From Eutreptiella sp. 'Long Island Sound 2002' (Eukaryota; Protista; Euglenida), in NCBI GenBank assembly GCA_964036045.1, contig OZ038378.1, positions 88,970,001 to 89,034,000 on the forward strand: a DNA stretch of 64,000 nucleotides. The letters are read 5' to 3'. The translations under genes and the position numbers were made by a program. The notes under the pieces are model-generated. The model made no database searches and was not told the DNA's origin. It was given only the letters and a program-made list of their open reading frames with translations. Below, in pieces: positions 58,561-64,000 of this stretch (the stretch's first letter is position 1; every line of letters starts with the position of its first letter).

Positions 58561-59200
58561 TTCGTGAAGAGCACAGGGACGCTGGAGAGACAACATTTTT
58601 ACCTGGAGCTTTTTCCGCAGAACGTGGGTGCCAATGAAAATGTCAAAGGCCCGAACTCTCGGACGGCCGTGAGGTGTTTGCAGGGGTGAGCGCTGACCCT
58701 GAGGCCCCCGGGTCAGAGGCCGGAGTACACGTAGGTTCAAGCGTGAGCGGGACCCCGGGGAACGTGGAAAAGGTCGCCCCCTAGCCTCCAGCCGCAGATG
58801 GACGACAACCAAGTACATCCGGAAGCCGAGTGGGTACCCCAGCCTTCGACGGATGGGGAGTGGTGGAATGTGATTCAGAGCAATGCTGCGGTGTTGGCGA
58901 CGGCTATCCACACAAATCCCGCCCGCAGGCACCCTAAAGGCTGCGCTGGGGGGGGAAGGCCAGAGGATTCATTGACGGGGGACCGGAAGACGCGCCCGTG
59001 AGGGCAGCGGCTGAAGGGAAGCTACCACTGGTAACGCCCCAAGTAAACCTGGTACAAGTTCTTGGCCGTGAGGTGAGACGCCAGGGGAACTGATGGTGGA
59101 GAGCTCCCCTTCCCGCCAGAAGCGGCCACCATCTAAAACAACCAAGGGGAAGACAGATGAGGCTGCGGACACGGCTGCCCTTACTTACTTACTTACTTAC
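58560..59200 (+). mobile_element. Retroelement-like 3' fragment ending in a (TTAC)5 tail
   Basis: Abrupt start inside a satellite unit; decayed reading frame; cccttacttacttacttacttac at about 59180-59200 abuts the minus-strand protease. Confidence 0.45.
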
Positions 59201-61670
59201 TCAAAGGCGTAGGTGTCCAGCACTCTGCAGTGCTGCATCACATATTCGTCGCCAAGACAAAAAGACACATCGACGCCCCCCAGGGAATGCATGGTTCGCC
59301 CATCCCCTACTCTTATGGCTACAGTGTTAGTTTTCTGAAGGTTTTTAGCAGGCGCCGGGCAACTTTAGAGAGTGTTGTGCCGGTGTCAAGCACTGCCCGC
59401 AAAACCTGATCCCTGATTTTCACGAGGATCAAGGAAACCAAGTCCTCCTCTTCAGAGCCACCCCCCTATTCTTCATCAGGGAATTTGGAGCCCACGCCCG
59501 CCGCCATAAGCCACTTGGCCATCCAGGCTAATCGCCTCTTCTTGGAATTAGACTCCCCTGGGGAGGCGTTCTTTTTCTGTGGACGTTTCTTAGGGTCTGC
59601 CGTGGTAGGAGAACGAGACGCTGACGAGCGCCCCCCGGGGATATGGTTGCGGGTTCCCCCCTTGCAACCTCCCTTACCTCCCCCTTTACCTCCCTTGTCT
59701 CCATTCTTACCGGTTTTGGAGGGAGTTTAGTTTTTCTGGCGTTCAGCCTCTTGGCATCTGCGTTTATCACTCTCGCGCCTTTTAATGTGGCACTCATCCT
59801 CGCAGTGATGACGTTTGCCACAGAGTCCAAAGGTGATGGTACACCTGAAGTGATCCTGATAGTTCATGGTTTTTCCATATTTGGTGTGCTGCTGTCTTTT
59901 CAGTTGTAGCATGCAACCACTTCGATGATCGCAGTCAGGGACATGACAAGGTCCGCCCTCGCCATTGACAGGATTACAGTAGAAGAGTGGGGGTACACCT
60001 GTGTCGGGTTTCACCTCATTCATTGCACGTAGGTTACCCGCCCGCTTTACCTCCACCCTTGTTGGGGTTGATCGGGGTTTTGGACCCTTCCAACTCACCA
60101 CAGTCAGGGGTGGGATTGGCACCTTTCCCCAGCTGCCTCTTGAGGTATTTCCCATATGGGAGTCGTTTCCCCTTTTCAGAGCAAGCTGAATGAGCAGGTC
60201 CACCGGGTCATCGGACGTATGTGTACGCTGCTTCGTTTTTGAAGAAGACCTGCAATCCTCCCACGTAAGATGAGGGATTTCACCCACACGCCACAACCAG
60301 GGTTTAGTGGGTCCATAGGAACCCACCTTCATCCTGGAGAACAAATACACCAGGTTGCACACATATTCAGAGATACGTGCAGCGGAAGGGAATTCAGGGA
60401 GCAGAGGAAGCTCCTTAATCTGTGTACGTACACTGAGATCCGTCTCATAGACGGGGAATGTTTTCTCCAGTCTTTGGAGAACGTCAGCCCAAGTCGAACA
60501 GATCTTTACAATTTGTTTAACCTGCTTCTGCAGAAATTTCGTTTTACATGAACATTTCAAGAGCGAACATTTGGACGTCATGTCCACATGAGACTGGCCA
60601 GTCAGTAGAAGAAATTCTGCAAATTTGTCTGCGCATTCAAGTAGATTTTTCGGGTCGAACTTCGGCAGTTCAGGCTGGATGTTCGCTTGAGCAATAGGCT
60701 TGCCACTCTTCACACCCCTTCAGGTTGGATCCGAAGGGGGGCGTACCTTCCAGCGAGTGTTGTCAAACCCGTTAGTTCCCCCTTCTCGGCCTCAGTCACT
60801 GAATTATCCTGTAGTTCAGCGTTGGGGACTGTTCGGGCACGAGGGTGAAAGGGACTGGGGGCAAGTGATCTAGGATAGGGGCCTGGAAACTCTTGCTCTC
60901 TTATCGGCGAGTGAGGTCAAACATGGACAAGGCCAGGCCATCGCCGTCTTCGTTAAGGGTTCGGTGTTACCTAATTTGACTCTTACAGCCTCAGACAGGA
61001 TTGTCACGTCGAGATCTTCGGATCCAGATAATAGGTTGCCCAACACGTTTGCTGTACTGTCTAGAGCACCATAGGCTGGATATGCTTCTGGTGTTCTCGT
61101 TGTTGTGGGAGATTCTGGTCGCCCGGTAGGCTCTTCGCATGGTGGTGTAGTGAACGCTGACCAGGGGATACCTCTCCAGCGTCTGGCCATGGAAGCTGTG
61201 TTGGCCAGGTTGGTCGGGGGACCCGAGTAGTACTAGTATTAGTAGTACGAGTCCATGTCAGTCTGCGGTGGAGACTCTATTGCTTCCATGGGCTCTTCAC
61301 CATCCTTTTCTCCTATTGACTGACGATAGTCCCTTTGTAGCATGTACTCATTGATGCGCCTCTTCAGGTCATCCTGCCCTGCAACGACAGTTGACAGCGA
61401 AGCAGGACAAGCCGAACGAGTGAGGGAGAGTGCAACGCGCCTGCAAAGGTGCTCCAGACTGGTACCACGGGCCGCTAAGGCTCCAGTGGTGATTGGTACT
61501 CCGGGCGCCCATGGTTCAGGTCTGGGCACCACTGCTGCAAATTCTCTGGACAATTCTTCGTCCACCCTTCGTTGACGTACTGGATCTTCTTGAGATCCAG
61601 ATGCTACGGCAACTCTGAGTCTGGGCTCAGTGAGGTTGAGCCCACTACCCCCCACTACCCAGCTGTACAT
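59200..61670 (-). pseudogene. LTR retrotransposon gag-protease fragment (Ty3/gypsy-like)
   Basis: Gag-like ORF 59727-60713 with a degenerate CCHC knuckle FGLCGKRHHCEDEC. Downstream ILVKIRDQVLRAVLDTGTTLS (D 59385-59387) and AIRVGDG, a retropepsin. RT and integrase are absent. Confidence 0.75.
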
Positions 61671-62589
61671 TCCTGATAGGGTATGTTCTTGATGACATTG
61701 CCACTGATGAGAGGGACATGTTCTTCAGCTGGAATTGGATCTTGGATTGTGTATTGCTCACTTTTCTTCACGGTCGGTTGGAAAGGAACTCAAGGCATGC
61801 CTCTGCTACCAGAAAGAATATCCTCAATTACTGCACTAAAAGTTTTGATGAAATCCTGCAGGTTTTGTAGTTGGAAAACACGACCACAACAGGAAGTAGA
61901 GCATGAAAAGGATAAGGATCAGATCAAAGAATAGTTTTGAAATCCAATGTATCACAGATCAGGTGCAGAGGAACTTTGTATGATTAAGCACAAAGATTCA
62001 ATCACAGATGGACAAAATAAATGATTTTTATAATCAAACCTGACATAGAGCTGGCCTCAGAGACAGTCCCAAGTACCTCATGTGCACCCTTTGACATGCA
62101 ATGGAATAGGTTGGGAATCTGAGGCATGTAGGTTGGGCCAGACACAGGATATGGCTCGGCTAGCTTGACCAAGCAACTGAATTTAGAATCAGTGAAACGT
62201 AGGTCCACAATAAGTAGAAAAAGCAATTGAGTATAGGGGTCCTGAGGGGGGAGACCACTCAACTAGGATTTAATTGACCCCCGAAAAACCTCTCCTCCCG
62301 AAAAAATGAAAAAATGCGAAAAAAAAAATATAAAATGTGCAAAACAACCACAATATCATCCAAAAAGCTGGTACATTCTATTTTCTCCAATCTGGCATAC
62401 TCACAATAGGGGGGGCAAAGCTCGCCTGAACCTAATCAGGCGACATACATGAAAATTTCCCCGTTTGGGCCTCTTTTTTGGGTTTGTGTTCTGTTCTAGA
62501 AAAGAAATGAAAAAATGACAAAAACAACCATTAATTTGCGGAACATCTACAATGAGATGCGATCAGCTGTTAACGCCTTTTTGTTGCAT

Positions 62590-63600
62590 TCCGGATACTC
62601 AAAATACGGGGTTGGGACCTGAAATCAAGCAAAATAGCCGGAAAGTCCCCCCTCTGAGGGTTTTTTCGGGCCCGAAAAAACACTGTTTTCGGCCAAAAAA
62701 TGACATTTTTTGGTTTTTTTTGGGCAAAAACTGATTCAACTTTGTGCTGGCGTCCCTGCAGCACCCAATAGGTTGCCCCAATACAAATCTCATTACTTTC
62801 AGTGGGTGAAGCACCCTCAAAGTAGGGTATGGGGCCCTACAACTCACCAACCTGGCCAAAAAAACACTGTTTTCGGCGGAAAATTGGAATTTTTTGGCCA
62901 TTTTTGGGCGAAAACTGATTTGTTTTGTCCTCGCGCCCCTGCAACACCCAAAAGGTTGCTCCAATACAATTCCAAACACGATCAGTGGGCCGGGTACCCT
63001 CATATTAGGGTATGGGGCCCTACAACTAACGACACCGGCCAAAAAAACACTGTTTCCGGCCAAAAATTGGAATTTTTGGGCAATTTTTGGCGAAAACTGA
63101 TTTTTTTGTGCTGGCAGCCCTGCTCCACCTGATAGGTTGCTCCAATACAATTTCAAACACCGTTCTGTGGGTTGGGCACCCTCAATGTAGGGTATGGGGC
63201 CCTACAACTCACGACAAGCGCAAAAAAAAACACTGTTTTCGGCCGAAACTTGGCATTTTTTGGCCATTTTTGGGCGGAAACTGATTTTTTTTGTGCTCGC
63301 GGCCCTGCAACACCCGATAGGTTGGTCCATTAGGTTAGAGTTGGTCAGGCACCCTGAGAATAGGGTATGGGGCCCTAAGACTCACGACACCGGCCAAAAC
63401 AAACCTGTTTTCGGCCAAAAATTGGCATTTTTTGGCCATTTTGGGGTGAAAACTGATTTTTCTTTGTGCTGGCGGCCCTGCAACACCCGATAGGTTGCTC
63501 CAATACAATTGCAAACACATTTCAGTGAGTACGTCAACCTCAGAACAGGGTATTGGGCCCTGCAACTCACCAAGTAGGACAAAACTCCACTGTCTTAGGC
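62590..63600. repeat. ~181-bp satellite, variant of the 57-58.5 kb family, 5-6 copies, same orientation
   Basis: Marker gggtatggggccctacaact near 62831, 63014, 63196, 63369 and 63555. Confidence 0.9.
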
Positions 63601-64000
63601 CATAAAGTGGAATTTGTTACTACACTATACTTATAATTACCTCTACAATATCCACACCATGAGCGAAACCAACTCATCAAAAAATCATCCTACAAAACGT
63701 TCGTGCATTCGAATCCAAGGAACCACCAATGGTAATGAAAACGAAGGACAATCGCAACAAGCTCACCACACTGAGCATCTCAGCATCTGGTTCTCTCAAT
63801 CAGTTCAGGATCGCAGAAAGTGCATAATGAACACAGAGCTCAGGCATCTGCACTTCCAAAAATATGATACTGCAAACACAGCAATAAACTTAAAAACACG
63901 GTACGGCAGAGTTCCCAGGCCGAATTGCGGTGGCCTTCTAAAATTCCAAATCAAAAAATGGATCAAGCAAGCTGAACGCAAGAGCGATACAATTGTCTCA

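Noticed and set aside
59160-62300. LTRs, PBS or PPT for the gag-pro fragment
   Set aside because: No direct terminal repeat pair or tRNA-complementary site was found.

Overview
Repeat-dominated eukaryotic nuclear DNA that looks like heterochromatin; the organism cannot be determined from the sequence. I recognised no rRNA, tRNA or CRISPR array and no clear multi-exon host gene. From left to right: a hAT-like transposase tail (1-1.2 kb); two decayed 2OG-Fe(II) dioxygenase genes, one PhyH-like and one TET/JBP-like; and a RAG1-core/Transib-like transposase pseudogene. The TET/JBP-like gene and the transposase sit between matching GTTATCGCG/GTGCTCTAAC end modules (3.4-7.4 kb). Next is a GC-rich APE-type non-LTR retrotransposon with a 103-bp monomer array upstream, folded back into a 4.8-kb near-palindrome (13.5-23.7 kb). 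An old ~720-bp tandem repeat (9-10 kb and 23.7-38.8 kb) hosts a complete 6.0-kb P-element-like transposon (8-bp TSD, open 1081-aa ORF, internal 86-bp array), a 3.0-kb foldback element and MITEs. Further right are a probable DIRS/YR remnant, an intact-looking DEDDy 3'-5' exonuclease ORF, a GC-rich element, and a ~180-bp satellite interrupted by retroelement fragments including LTR gag-protease. Most ORFs in the supplied track are artefacts of tandem or low-complexity repeats. The best candidates for something new are the RAG1-like transposase next to a TET/JBP-like gene within shared end repeats, and the P-like element whose ORF seems to lack its catalytic middle yet is still open. All protein assignments come from motifs recognised by eye, not from database searches.
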